From: Nitrospirales bacterium
Lineage (GTDB): Bacteria; Nitrospirota; Nitrospiria; Nitrospirales; UBA8639
NCBI GenBank assembly: GCA_963555755.3
Contig: OY820905.2
Span: 2,560,001-2,624,000 of the forward strand
DNA length: 64,000 nt
Reading direction: 5' to 3'
Positions 27,108 to 38,301 of the stretch are shown here, piece after piece. Under the pieces are notes generated by a model. That model did no database searches, was not told the origin of the DNA, and saw only the letters and a program-made list of their open reading frames with translations. The position numbers and the translations under genes are program-made. Within the stretch, counting starts at the first letter, position 1; every line of letters starts with the position of its first letter.

Positions 27108-29774
27108 TTATCCGATCGACCCTAGATCTAACTTGGCTTGCCATCGCCGTAATATGGTGGTTTTCAGCTCTCGATGTTCAGGCAATGATAAGTGGGGATC
27201 GTGTTGTACGAGTTTGGACGCTTCGTCGCGTGCTTGTTCGAGGAGATGACTATCTCGAACCAGATCAGCGATGCGAAATTCCGGCACGCCCCATTGGCGT
27301 GTCCCCAAAAACTCGCCCGGGCCACGAATGCGCAAATCCTGTTCGGCAATGGCGAACCCGTCGGAACAGTTAACCATGGCCTTCAACCGCTGTTGCGCGG
27401 TCTGTGTCACTGTGGGGGAATTCCGCGCGGCCCACGTCTCTTTGATGCCGAGCTGTAGCTCTGGAGCATAGTTCACCTTCTTTGTGGGAAGGATCTCTTC
27501 CCTCGTATTGGTTTCCTGCGACCTCACTCCTCGACCAGCAGAACTGATCAACAGGCAGAAGGATTGATGCGCGCCACGCCCCACGCGTCCGCGCAGTTGA
27601 TGTAACTGAGCCAACCCGAACCGGTCTGCATGTTCGATGGCCATCACCGTGGCGTTGGGAATATCCAACCCGACTTCGATAACAGTCGTCGCCACGAGCA
27701 CCTGCAGGAGTCCATCCTTAAAGGCCGTCATGACCTGGGCCTTTTCTCTGGATTTCATACGCCCGTGCAAGAGGCCAACCGTGTACGATGGAAACTCTTC
27801 TTGTTGAAGCCGATCGGCAGCTTGCATGGCGGCTTCCAGATCGATGTTTTCCGATTCCTCAACAAGCGGATAGACAATATACGCCTGACGACCAGCCTCG
27901 ATGTGTTTACGAATCAAGGCATATGCCCGCGATCGGGCACTGTGGCGAAACACTCTGGTGTGGATGGGCTTCCGTCCAGGCGGCATTTCATCAATGACCG
28001 ACACATCCAAATCCCCATACACGGTCATGGCCAAGGTCCGAGGTATTGGCGTCGCGGTCATGACTAACACGTCTGGATGAACCCCTTTCGTTCGGAGCGT
28101 GGCGCGTTGCAGCACACCAAACTTATGTTGTTCATCGACCACAATCAACCCGAGTTTGGCAAATTGCACGGCTTCCTCAAGCAGCGCATGTGTGCCGACG
28201 ATCAGTTGAACTTCTCCTTCTGTGATCTGTTGATACACTCGCGTCCGCTCTTTTTTTGAAAGGCCACCGGTGACCAATGCCATATTCAGCCCCAAGTTGG
28301 CCACGTATTGCTGCAGATTCAGATAGTGTTGTGCAGCGAGGATTTCGGTCGGAACCAATAGGGCGGCTTGGTATCCGGATCCACAGGCGAGCAACATGGC
28401 GTGAAGAGCCACTATAGTTTTTCCCGATCCCACATCGCCTTGGATTAAGCGATTCATAGGACATGGGCGTGTCATGTCTTGCTGAATCTCAGTGATGACT
28501 CGTTGTTGGGCCCCGGTTAGCGGAAAGGGCAGATGGGCGAGAAACCGGTCTATGAAAGGCATGGTTGGGTGAAAGGCAATGCCCGGTATTTCCTTTTGGT
28601 TGGTTCGTTGACGAATGGCAAGAGCCACTTGCAGGACAAAAAATTCCTCGAAAGCCAGTCGCCGATGCGCGGACGTTTGCCACCCATTCAGGTCATTGAG
28701 ATCTGTCTGTTGGTTTGGAAAGTGAATCAGACGAATGGCATCACTAATGGCTGGCCATTGCTCACGTTGTCGAATAGCCCGAGGTAGTATTTCCTGCAAC
28801 TGGCCCTGATATTCATCCAGAAGGCTCTTCATGATCCAACGCAGTTGCCGCGACGTCAGGCCTTTGGTCTCGTGATACACGGGTACGATTCGTCCCACAT
28901 GGAGTAGCATATCCTCGTCGGGACCAACGACTTCATACTGCGGGGTGCGCATTTGCCAATGCGCTCCTCTTCCTGAGGCAGCACTCACCGGCCCGCTGAA
29001 CACCACCTTCATCCCAACCTGAAACGTTTTCTCCAAATAGGGTTGATTGAAAAACACCGCTTCCATCCACCCGGTCTCATCACGCACGAAGACCGACACA
29101 ATGGTCATATTACGTCGATGGGTGCGACGCAGAGTCGTTCGATCAATAACTCCAGACACCGTGGCCTTCTCTCCGTAAACGAGAGCATGAATCGTTGAAA
29201 TACTCGATCGATCCTCGTAACGCCAAGGCAACACCCACAAGGCATCCTCAATCGTCCGAATCCCAAGCCTTTCGAGCAACAGTGCGCGCTTTGGCCCTAC
29301 CCCCTTGGCATATTGAATGGGCACCTCATGGGGGGGTCGATCAGATGCCGTGTTTGGGAGTTGTTTTTTCGCATCCCCCAGTGATCTGGATTTCTTTGAG
29401 GCGGGGGACTCCCCTGATGACACTGAATACTCCGGGGACTGTACCTGCTTGGTCGTTGTCCCAATCATGAATGAAATTCGATCCAAGATGGTTTGGGCAT
29501 GGTGCAATTGATTTAACTCATTTTCCTGCGAGGATTCTTCACTGCCCTGAAATAATGATCGAAGGGCCAGCAATTCGGCTTCAATTTTTCTGGGAAGGAC
29601 CCCCTCTCCCATGGCTCGAACGATTTGATCGGAAATAAAGCTATTGAGGTTTGTGATGGAAGCCTTTCGTACTCCGCCTAGTTGGCGCGCCCGTTCGATG
29701 GGTCGTCTCAACCTATTGATCAAGCCGCGGACATATTCCGAGGACTCGTGAGAGATAAACGATGGAATGGTCAT
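27108..29774 (-). CDS. recG: ATP-dependent DNA helicase RecG
   Basis: GDVGSGKT, DEQH, TATPIPRT, QLRGRVGRG, DLRIRGPGE. Confidence 0.95.
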   Translation of the reverse strand: MTIPSFISHESSEYVRGLINRLRRPIERARQLGGVRKASITNLNSFISDQIVRAMGEGVLPRKIEAELLALRSLFQGSEESSQENELNQLHHAQTILDRISFMIGTTTKQVQSPEYSVSSGESPASKKSRSLGDAKKQLPNTASDRPPHEVPIQYAKGVGPKRALLLERLGIRTIEDALWVLPWRYEDRSSISTIHALVYGEKATVSGVIDRTTLRRTHRRNMTIVSVFVRDETGWMEAVFFNQPYLEKTFQVGMKVVFSGPVSAASGRGAHWQMRTPQYEVVGPDEDMLLHVGRIVPVYHETKGLTSRQLRWIMKSLLDEYQGQLQEILPRAIRQREQWPAISDAIRLIHFPNQQTDLNDLNGWQTSAHRRLAFEEFFVLQVALAIRQRTNQKEIPGIAFHPTMPFIDRFLAHLPFPLTGAQQRVITEIQQDMTRPCPMNRLIQGDVGSGKTIVALHAMLLACGSGYQAALLVPTEILAAQHYLNLQQYVANLGLNMALVTGGLSKKERTRVYQQITEGEVQLIVGTHALLEEAVQFAKLGLIVVDEQHKFGVLQRATLRTKGVHPDVLVMTATPIPRTLAMTVYGDLDVSVIDEMPPGRKPIHTRVFRHSARSRAYALIRKHIEAGRQAYIVYPLVEESENIDLEAAMQAADRLQQEEFPSYTVGLLHGRMKSREKAQVMTAFKDGLLQVLVATTVIEVGLDIPNATVMAIEHADRFGLAQLHQLRGRVGRGAHQSFCLLISSAGRGVRSQETNTREEILPTKKVNYAPELQLGIKETWAARNSPTVTQTAQQRLKAMVNCSDGFAIAEQDLRIRGPGEFLGTRQWGVPEFRIADLVRDSHLLEQARDEASKLVQHDPHLSLPEHRELKTTILRRWQAKLDLGSIG

Positions 29775-29918
29775 AATCAGCGGAAGGAGAGGGTGTAAAT
29801 TATTTTGGAGGACTTTGTCCCATATCTATAGCCTTGTCTTAAGAGCCTGCGAACTAACAGATTATTAAAAATCATGCTGTTCACTTGTGGTCCATTTGTT
29901 GAATCGTCCAGAGCAAGA

Positions 29919-30064
29919 GGGGAATGTTCAAAAAGGTGCGCTCAGCAAGGCCGCGGGCGCTTTGGCGCGCGGAGCGTATGTCAGTACGTGAGCACGACAA
30001 AGAGCCGAGAACGCCGCTGACGCCCCCCCCGCCTCCTCGGGGGCATGCTTTTTCAACATTCCCC
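29919..30064. mobile_element. MITE family A
   Basis: TIRs and core as at 5063. Confidence 0.75.
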
Positions 30065-30137
30065 CTTGTCAAAAAGGCTGGGGGTATGGTAACAAGAGTG
30101 ACTGCCAGGTACAATCTAGTAAGGAAGGAGTGAGGTC

Positions 30138-30329
30138 ATGGCATTTTCATGTTCAATTTGTGGGAAAAAACGTATGACTGGGAATAATGTCAGTCATGCA
30201 AACAATAGAACCAAACGGGTCTTTCGCCCCAATCTTCAAAATGTCCGGGCGTTAGTCAATGGAGCGATCCAACGAATCAAGGTGTGCACTCGGTGTTTGC
30301 GGTCCGGCCTCGTCAAGAAAGCCGGTTGA
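30138..30329 (+). CDS. rpmB: 50S ribosomal protein L28
   Basis: [24 protein letters not shown]. Confidence 0.97.
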   Translation: MAFSCSICGKKRMTGNNVSHANNRTKRVFRPNLQNVRALVNGAIQRIKVCTRCLRSGLVKKAG

Positions 30330-30456
30330 GTTCTCGTTACCACGGACAACGAGAGCCAACGGTATCCCGGGTTTTTCCTGTCTGCCAAAATCTGCAGTCA
30401 CGGCCTGTTGAAAATTTCAATAATCTTATCCCTCTGACCCTTTTTCAACATTCCCA

Positions 30457-30957
30457 TTAGGCGGGACGAAATACCAATGCTGCTGAATTGATACAATACC
30501 GAAGTCCGGTGGGGGCTGGCCCATCATCGAATATATGGCCTTGATGTCCGCCACAGCGCATGCAGTGAACTTCGGTCCGCGGATAGATGAATGTCCAATC
30601 GGTCTTGGTCTCTATGGCACTTGGCGAAATCGGTTCCCAAAAACTCGGCCAGCCCGTCTTGCTGTCAAACTTTTTCTCTGACGAGAATAGCAGCAGGTCA
30701 CAGCCAGCGCAGTGATAGCCTCCCACGGCTTTGCTGTCATGGTAGTGATGCTTAAAGGGGGCCTCCGTGCCTTCTTGCCGAAGGACATAATATTGCTCAG
30801 GCGTCAGTATGGCCTTCCATTCTTCATCTGTTTTGACCACTTCAAATTTCATTTGATTTTCCTTAGCAAGTGCGTCTCCCAATCCTAATCCTCTCGCTAT
30901 GACCCCGATTCCCATTAGTGTTCCCACGGCCAGTAATGTGCGTCTTCCTACGTCCAT
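30457..30957 (-). CDS. msrB: Methionine-R-sulfoxide reductase with Tat-like signal
   Basis: TGWPSF, GHQGHIF, RYCINS; N-terminal GRRTLL. Confidence 0.93.
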   Translation of the reverse strand: MDVGRRTLLAVGTLMGIGVIARGLGLGDALAKENQMKFEVVKTDEEWKAILTPEQYYVLRQEGTEAPFKHHYHDSKAVGGYHCAGCDLLLFSSEKKFDSKTGWPSFWEPISPSAIETKTDWTFIYPRTEVHCMRCGGHQGHIFDDGPAPTGLRYCINSAALVFRPA

Positions 30958-31185
30958 ATCCACCTCCTTATTCCCATGAAGGAAGAATACCCTTCCTCCT
31001 GATATTGTATCAAATACCACAGTTACTATGAGAGAGTCTTAATATGGAAGAAAGCGTTACAGACGATATGAGGCTGAACGCGGTTCCCAGATGTTTGGCA
31101 ATCCAGGTTTGATTTGGAAGCATCTGGGCAAGATGCAGTTGCGAGGAGTTAAGGAGAGATCTTTAGGAACGGTTGTCGCAGGTTC

Positions 31186-32367
31186 CTAAACCTTGAAAGT
31201 GGTGACAATATTTTTGAGGTCTTCAGCCCGACCACGCAATTCATGGCCTCGTTTGGCGGACTCTTCCGCACCCGCACTGGTTTCTTCTCCAACTTGGCTC
31301 ACCGCCTCAAGATCTTTGGCGATCTGATGAGTGGTCGTGGATTGTTCTTCCGCAGCGGCGGCAATTTGTTGAATCATCCCGGCTGTTTGCATCACGAGAC
31401 TTTGGATTCGGGTTAACGCCTCACTGGTTTCATTGGCCAGCATGACCCCATTGCCGACTTTCTGCGTTCCGTCTTCCATCGACATCACGGCTATTTTCGT
31501 ATCAGCTTGAATTTGGCGAATCATTCCGGAAATTTCTTTTGTCGCTTTTGTGGTTCGTTCCGCCAGTTTTCTCACTTCATCGGCCACAACTGCAAAGCCT
31601 CGGCCTTGTTCACCGGCACGTGCAGCTTCAATCGCGGCATTGAGGGCCAACAAATTCGTTTGATCCGCAATGTCTTCAATGGTTCCAACGATTTCACCAA
31701 TTTGGTCAGAGGATTTTCCCAAAGCCGCGATCACCGTGGAGGATTGCCCCACGGCTTCGGCAACCATCTGCATGCTGACAACCGCTTCGTTCACGACTCG
31801 CTGCCCATTTTTGGCTGTATTCGAGGCCTCTTGGGCGATGTCGGAGGCTTCCTGGGAATTTCGTGCGACTTCCCCAGCCGTCATCATCATTTCTTCCACC
31901 GCTGAAGCCGACTGCGTGACCTTGATCTTTTGAGTGTCAACACCCTTCGCCATCTCATCTGCCGTCGCGGACATCTCTTGCAAATCAATGGCGACTCGAT
32001 TCGTGACTTCTCCAACTTTCACCATAGACAACTGTAGTTTTTCGATGAATTGATTCACCAATTGTCCTAACTGGCCAATTTCATCATGGTTTGTCACAAG
32101 GACTCGCTTCGTCAGGTCACAATCACCCTTAGCAATATCCTCCACAACTTGGGTCAGCCTCTTCAGTGGGACAATTACCATTTTATGCACGAGCCATTGG
32201 ACCATCACCAAGGTGGTCACGATGAGAGCGAGTAAGTGTCCGAAAGAGTGCAACCAGTTCTCCTCTGGACCAACAACCATATACACTTGAATGGCAGACT
32301 GGATCAGGGCAATGGCTCCAAGAACCAGGGCAATCTTGATCCCAATTTTAAAATGTTGAAATCGCAT
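31186..32367 (-). CDS. Methyl-accepting chemotaxis protein
   Basis: HAMP domain + [34 protein letters not shown]. Confidence 0.95.
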   Translation of the reverse strand: MRFQHFKIGIKIALVLGAIALIQSAIQVYMVVGPEENWLHSFGHLLALIVTTLVMVQWLVHKMVIVPLKRLTQVVEDIAKGDCDLTKRVLVTNHDEIGQLGQLVNQFIEKLQLSMVKVGEVTNRVAIDLQEMSATADEMAKGVDTQKIKVTQSASAVEEMMMTAGEVARNSQEASDIAQEASNTAKNGQRVVNEAVVSMQMVAEAVGQSSTVIAALGKSSDQIGEIVGTIEDIADQTNLLALNAAIEAARAGEQGRGFAVVADEVRKLAERTTKATKEISGMIRQIQADTKIAVMSMEDGTQKVGNGVMLANETSEALTRIQSLVMQTAGMIQQIAAAAEEQSTTTHQIAKDLEAVSQVGEETSAGAEESAKRGHELRGRAEDLKNIVTTFKV

Positions 32368-32691
32368 GCTTCCTCCACAAATCCATCAATTCCGAGGGCC
32401 CATATAAAAAAAACGTAGAAAAAATTCTTCGGGATTAGAAACTTTTCTATGTCTTCGTCTTGAAGAGCCTTCAGATCTCTTCCCGACAAAATGGATCGGT
32501 CTAATTACTCATTTCTGTCAATTATTATTCAATCGGAATCTTGTGGTCTACACTTAATATGTACAGGAATTGCGGATTTTATCCCTATTCAGAACATCCT
32601 CCAGTGGAATCTCGCTATTACCCAAGAAGTTGTTTATGAAATGTTTTCGGAGTGTTATTTGGTGCGGGTTTTGTCCCCCTACGAGCGTTAG

Positions 32692-32777
32692 GTACCTGTC
32701 CCAGATTAGACGAATCTACTGCGGGTGCCCTGGATTTGGCCAGATCTTCCGATCCTTTTCGTTGAATAGTCCCACTA
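32692..32777. mobile_element. MITE family F, left half (split by the composite transposon)
   Basis: Continues at 37483; the uninterrupted junction sequence occurs at about 39819-39850. Confidence 0.8.
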
Positions 32778-34062
32778 TAAGATGGTCGGGAAAGTCAAAC
32801 AGTTTTTTCGGGTTAGATAAGTGGACGCTTCTCCTCATGCTGCCTGCTTCAGCAGGATGTCTCCGAAGTATATTTCTGCTGGATAATTATATTCGAGGGA
32901 TTGATGCTCTCGCAGGTTGTTCTACCGCTCAAAGTAGACCCGCAATCCTTCGCGACAGTCTGCGACATTTCGATACCCTTTCAAATACCCTTCTTCTTGT
33001 TTCACCGTTCGCCACAGCCGTTCGACAAAGACATTGTCTAAGGCCCGGCCTTTCCCATCCATGCTGATCTTGATCTGATCGGCCTTGAGGAGGCCGGTGA
33101 AGGCTTCGCTCGTGTACGGGCACCCCTGATCCGTATTAAAGATCTCCGGGTTTCCATATTGCGCGAGCGCCTCCTGTAAGGCCTCAATACAGAAGCTGCG
33201 GTCCAGCGTCGTTGAAATCCTCCAGGAGAGGACATAGCGGCTATACCAATCGATGATGGCCGTCAGATACACAAAACCTTTGTGCAGGCGCACGCAGGTA
33301 ATATCCGTGCTCCACACCTGATTCGGACGGGTGATGGCCACTCCCCGGAGCAAGTACGGATATTGTTTGTGTGAGGAGGTGGCCACCGAGAGACTCTTCT
33401 TGGGATAAATAGCCGCGACCCCCATACGGCGCATCAGCCGCCTCACTGTGTCCCGTCCCGCCACCAGCCCATATCGCTTCTTCAGAGCCGGATGCAAGCA
33501 GCGGGTCCCACGGGTGGGATTCTCGGTGAACAGTTCATCTAGTTTCTCCCTCAAGTGCAAGTCCCTCGCAGTCAATTCAACGGGAAGATAGTAGAAAAAC
33601 CCCCGTGACATCGATAACAACTCACATTGCCTCGTGATCGAGAGTACCGCAGCCGACTCAACCATGGTCTTCCTTACAGCAGGTTCAGTTTCTTTAAGCT
33701 TTTTTTTAGAAAATCGATCTCCATGCTTTGTTGGCCAATCCGTTGGTGGAGGGTATCGCGTTCCTCCTTCAAGCTCCTGAGAGCATCCTGGTCCGCCTTG
33801 TTTCCACCAAACACTTCCGACGCCTTTTCCAGAAACTCCGTCTTCCCATTCCTGATCTGATTGGGATGCACATCAAATTCGCTCGCTAACTCGGCCAGGG
33901 TCTTCCCATCTTGTAGGGTGGCAAGCACCACTCGTACCTTGAAATGGGCGTCATAATGTCTCCGCTGCCGTTTGGCCATGGTGGACTCCTTCTTGGTTAA
34001 GTGACCAATTGAATCCACTTATCTTATCCCAGCGATTTGTTCAAATTCTCCCAACCATTATA
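32778..34062 (-). mobile_element. IS3-family element, copy 1 (1285 bp)
   Basis: Imperfect IRs TAAGATGGTCGGGA / TCCCAACCATTATA; orfA/orfB with an A8G slippery site. Confidence 0.92.
32835..33979 (-). pseudogene. IS3 transposase orfAB with premature TAG at 32922
   Basis: WSTDIT, NTDQG and VERLWRT motifs; TAG where copy 2 has TAT. Confidence 0.85.
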
Positions 34063-34301
34063 CCGTGATTGATTTACTTAAAGACATTCAGGCCAAAAAC
34101 AATATTGGTTTCTTGTTTATCAGCCACGATCTTTCAGTAGTCAAAGCACTGTCTGCCCGAGTATTAGTGATGCAAAAAGGTGAAATAATGGAGCAGGGCA
34201 CAGCAGAAGAGATCTTCCACCATCCGTAGCATGATTACACTAAAAAGCTGATCAAGACTTCGTTTGATTTGGAGGAAGAAGCAACAGAGGGTGCTGCGTA
34301 G
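34063..34301 (+). pseudogene. 3' fragment of a peptide ABC transporter ATPase
   Basis: FISHDLSVVKALS.RVLVMQKGEIMEQG...HP*HDYTKKL. Confidence 0.75.
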
Positions 34302-34380
34302 ATGTTACTCATTTTTCAATAACATGTCAGATAAATTCTCAACCTAAGCGTTGATATAGTCAATCGGTGTGACTGCCGAT

Positions 34381-34412
34381 AAAAAAACTGCCGCAATGAT
34401 GCGGCAGTTTTT
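34381..34412. terminator. Bidirectional intrinsic terminator
   Basis: AAAAAAACTGCCGCA-ATGA-TGCGGCAGTTTTT. Confidence 0.8.
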
Positions 34413-34421
34413 ATTCTAAGT

Positions 34422-35999
34422 TTAGCGGTTACGCGGTTCTGTTCTCATCCCCATTAACAAGCTTACGCACATGAGTAATAGAATAACCGTGAAAGGTAGG
34501 GCGGTTGAGATCGCGCCTGCCTGTAATGCCTCAATTGCCTTCGTGCCGCCAACCCAGAGCAACACTGCTGCAATCGCGCCTTCTATTAACGCCCAAAATA
34601 TACGTTGGGGAATAGGTGCATCAACTTTACCGCCGGCAGTAATACTGTCGATAACCAGAGAGGCGGAGTCTGATGAGGTCACGAAGAACACCAATACTAA
34701 TATCACCGCAAGCATGGGTAACAGGTTACCCATAGGTAATATATCAAACATCTGGAACATAGCTAAAGGCACTTCTGTTAAACCGTCACTGCCTAGTGTA
34801 CCTATGTTATTCGCCACTTGGTCAATCGCCACACCACCAAATACCGACATCCATAATATCGTCACCGCAGTAGGAACAAGTAATACCGCCGTAATAAATT
34901 CACGTACAGTACGGCCACGTGAGATACGGGCAATAAACATACCAACGAATGGTGACCATGAAATCCACCACGCCCAGTAAAATACCGTCCACCCGTGCAT
35001 CCAGGCTTCATCTTCACGACCGATTGGATTACTCAGCGGGATGAGATTTTCAATGTATCCCATTATCGTGGTCGGGATAGTTCCCATAGACACAGTGAAA
35101 GTAACGAGTGCAACAAAAATTAACAAAACGATAGCAAGTAACATATTGATATTACTAATTACTTTAACGCCGCCATCAATGCCACGTGCCACCGAAACAA
35201 CCGCAAGCAGGGTAACGACAATAATAATAGTGATCTGTAAGAACAGGCTGTTATCAATCCCGAAAACGTGATGGAAACCGCTGGCAGCTTGCTGTGCGCC
35301 TAAGCCGAGAGATGTTGCCAGACCAAATAAAGTGGCTAATACCGCAAGAATATCAACAATATGTCCAGCCCAACCCCAAGTGCGGTCGCCTAAAATAGGA
35401 TAAAATACCGAGCGCATTGAAAGCGGTAAACCTTTGTTGTAAGCAAAAAAGGCTAACGATAAGGCAACCACACCATAAATAGCCCACGGATGTAGGCCCC
35501 AGTGAAACATGGTCGCGCCGAGCGCCAGTTTGGCTGCTTCCGGAGTATTGGCGGTGACATTAAGCGGTGTTTCATACCAGCCGGTATAATAAGCGACGGG
35601 TTCAGCCACTCCCCAAAACATTAAGCCAATACCCATACCGGCAGCAAATAACATTGCTATCCAGGACATCAGGCTATAATCCGATTTGGCATCATCGCCA
35701 CCTAAGCGGATTTTACCGTACGGTGATACAATCAAGGCTAAACAGAAGATCACAAAAAAATTGGCAGACCACATGAACAGGTCATCAAAGGCACCGATAA
35801 TTTGCCATTTGATGCCGTCTAAGAAGGTTTTTGAGGTTTCAGGCTCAACCCATAACATGGCCATTAAAAAGATGGCGATTAAAGATGTACTAATGCCAAA
35901 TACTGGATTATGTACATCAAAGCCCCACTTTTGAACGTTATCTTGCCCAACAGTATAATCAGTATTATCTATACTATATCTATCCTTATTTATACTCAT
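34422..35999 (-). CDS. BCCT (betaine/carnitine/choline) transporter
   Basis: AAGMGIGLMFWG, WTVFYWAWWISWSPFVGMFIARISRGRT. Confidence 0.95.
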   Translation of the reverse strand: MSINKDRYSIDNTDYTVGQDNVQKWGFDVHNPVFGISTSLIAIFLMAMLWVEPETSKTFLDGIKWQIIGAFDDLFMWSANFFVIFCLALIVSPYGKIRLGGDDAKSDYSLMSWIAMLFAAGMGIGLMFWGVAEPVAYYTGWYETPLNVTANTPEAAKLALGATMFHWGLHPWAIYGVVALSLAFFAYNKGLPLSMRSVFYPILGDRTWGWAGHIVDILAVLATLFGLATSLGLGAQQAASGFHHVFGIDNSLFLQITIIIVVTLLAVVSVARGIDGGVKVISNINMLLAIVLLIFVALVTFTVSMGTIPTTIMGYIENLIPLSNPIGREDEAWMHGWTVFYWAWWISWSPFVGMFIARISRGRTVREFITAVLLVPTAVTILWMSVFGGVAIDQVANNIGTLGSDGLTEVPLAMFQMFDILPMGNLLPMLAVILVLVFFVTSSDSASLVIDSITAGGKVDAPIPQRIFWALIEGAIAAVLLWVGGTKAIEALQAGAISTALPFTVILLLMCVSLLMGMRTEPRNR

Positions 36000-36197
36000 T
36001 AATCCTCATTTAGAACAATGCTGTTCTATTTGGTGTATTTGTTGTTCGTGGAGTCTGTTAACAAAATTGATGATAAATATCAGAGAAACAATAAATTAGG
36101 AAATAAAAAACCGCAATACAAGCGGTTTCTTTACGTCAGATCAACAACAGGCAAGAGAGTGAAAAGCGCGTCGAGAGTCAGCTCTTACAGGGTTCTA

Positions 36198-37482
36198 TAA
36201 GGTGGTCGGGAAAGTCAAACAGTTTTTTCGGGTTAGATAAGTGGACGCTTCTCCTCATGCTGCCTGCTTCAGCAGGATGTCTCCGAAGTATATTTCTGCT
36301 GGATAGTTATATTCGAGGGATTGATGCTCTCGCAGGTTGTTATACCGCTCAAAGTAGACCCGCAATCCTTCGCGACAGTCTGCGACATTTCGATACCCTT
36401 TCAAATACCCTTCTTCTTGTTTCACCGTTCGCCACAGCCGTTCGACAAAGACATTGTCTAAGGCCCGGCCTTTCCCATCCATGCTGATCTTGATCTGATC
36501 GGCCTTGAGGAGGCCGGTGAAGGCTTCGCTCGTGTACGGGCACCCCTGATCCGTATTAAAGATCTCCGGGTTTCCATATTGCGCGAGCGCCTCCTGTAAG
36601 GCCTCAATACAGAAGCTGCGGTCCAGCGTCGTTGAAATCCTCCAGGAGAGGACATAGCGGCTATACCAATCGATGCTGGCCGTCAGATACACAAAACCTT
36701 TGTGCAGGCGCACGCAGGTAATATCCGTGCTCCACACCTAATTCGGACGGGTGATGGCCACTCCCCGGAGCAAGTACGGATATTGTTTGTGTGAGGAGGT
36801 GGCCACCGAGAGACTCTTCTTGGGATAAATAGCCGCGACCCCCATACGGCGCATCAGCCGCCTCACTGTGTCCCGTCCCGCCACCAGCCCATATCGCTTC
36901 TTCAGAACCGGATGCAGGCGGCAGGTCCCACGGGTGGGATTCTCGGTGAACAGTTCATCTAGTTTCTCCCTCAAGTGCAAGTCCCTCGCAGTCAATTCAA
37001 CGGGAAGATAGTAGAAAAACCCCCGTGACATCGATAACAACTCACATTGCCTCGTGATCGAGAGTACCGCAGCCGACTCAACCATGGTCTTCCTTACAGC
37101 AGGTTCAGTTTCTTTAAGCTTTTTTTTAGAAAATCGATCTCCATGCTTTGTTGGCCAATCCGTTGGTGGAGGGTATCGCGTTCCTCCTTCAAGCTCCTGA
37201 GAGCATCCTGGTCCGCCTTGTTTCCACCAAACACTTCCGACGCCTTTTCCAGAAACTCCGTCTTCCCATTCCTGATCTGATTCGGATGCACATCAAATTC
37301 GCTCGCTAACTCGGCCAGGGTCTTCCCATCTTGTAGGGTGGCAAGCACCACTCGTACCTTGAAATGGGCGTCATAATGTCTCCGCTGCCGTTTGGCCATG
37401 GTGGACTCCTTCTTGGTTAAGTGACCAATTGAATCCACTTATCTTATCCCAGCGATTTGTTCAAATTCTCCCAACCATTATA
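36198..37482 (-). mobile_element. IS3-family element, copy 2 (1285 bp, direct orientation)
   Basis: Near-identical to copy 1 at a 3420 bp offset. Confidence 0.92.
36255..37399 (-). pseudogene. IS3 transposase orfAB with premature TAG at 36738
   Basis: TAG where copy 1 has CAG. Confidence 0.85.
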
Positions 37483-37559
37483 CTATTCGCCTCAAACGAT
37501 CGAAACATCTGACCCAAACCAGCATATCCTCGCAACGATCGCTAATCTTGGACAGGCTC
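37483..37559. mobile_element. MITE family F, right half
   Basis: Ends AATCTTGGACAGGCTC-CTAG. Confidence 0.8.
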
Positions 37560-37635
37560 CTAGCGACTTGTTCCCGCAAAGGTTGGAAGGAGGGGATTAG
37601 AAAAAACAAGGTTAAAATGTGTAAACGAACGTGAT

Positions 37636-38301
37636 CTATGATGAAAAAACTGCCAACAAATCTTCGGGTTTCTCACAATAATAGTCGGGGTCAAGGGCCA
37701 GGACTTTTTCCCGAATTCCATAGCCGTATCCGACCGCACACGCTCGAATACCGGCCGCCTTGGCAGCTCGCATATCGTTGGTGCTATCTCCCACGAGAAT
37801 GGCCTGTTCCGGGTCCACTTCTAACTGATCCAGGATTCGAAATAACATCCCTGGGTCAGGCTTAAGGTCAGAGAGATCGATTGGACATTCAATGGAGGAA
37901 AACGTATCGCGCACGCCTAATCCATCCACAATCCTCAAGGTATATTCCAAAGACTTATTGGTCGCCAGGGCTTTGGTCTTGTCTTGTAAGATGTCGAACA
38001 CCCTATCGAGACCCGCATAGTATTGGGTGGAATCTAGGCAATGGGTCAAATAATGTTCACGAAAGATTGTTAAGGATTCCTCATAGCGCGCATCATTGCC
38101 TTCGCCCACCGAAAGCCGAAGCAAATGTTTGACCCCATCCCCTACAAAGCTGAAGATTTCCTCAGGGGATCGTGTCGGCAAACCCATGTCTTTTAACGTT
38201 AAATTGACGGAGGTGGCGATATCGTATTTCGAGTCAATGAGGGTCCCATCAAAATCGAAGATCACTAATTGGAACGGGGCATGGGCACTTTTGGTTTTCA
38301 C
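37636..38301 (-). CDS. HAD hydrolase, phosphoglycolate phosphatase-like
   Basis: FDFDGTL, KPDP, VGDS. Confidence 0.85.
   Translation of the reverse strand: MKTKSAHAPFQLVIFDFDGTLIDSKYDIATSVNLTLKDMGLPTRSPEEIFSFVGDGVKHLLRLSVGEGNDARYEESLTIFREHYLTHCLDSTQYYAGLDRVFDILQDKTKALATNKSLEYTLRIVDGLGVRDTFSSIECPIDLSDLKPDPGMLFRILDQLEVDPEQAILVGDSTNDMRAAKAAGIRACAVGYGYGIREKVLALDPDYYCEKPEDLLAVFSS

Noticed and set aside
32922..36740. Amber recoding suggested by several in-frame TAG codons
   Set aside because: The TAGs are at different positions in the two IS copies, and TAG ends ordinary genes in this window.
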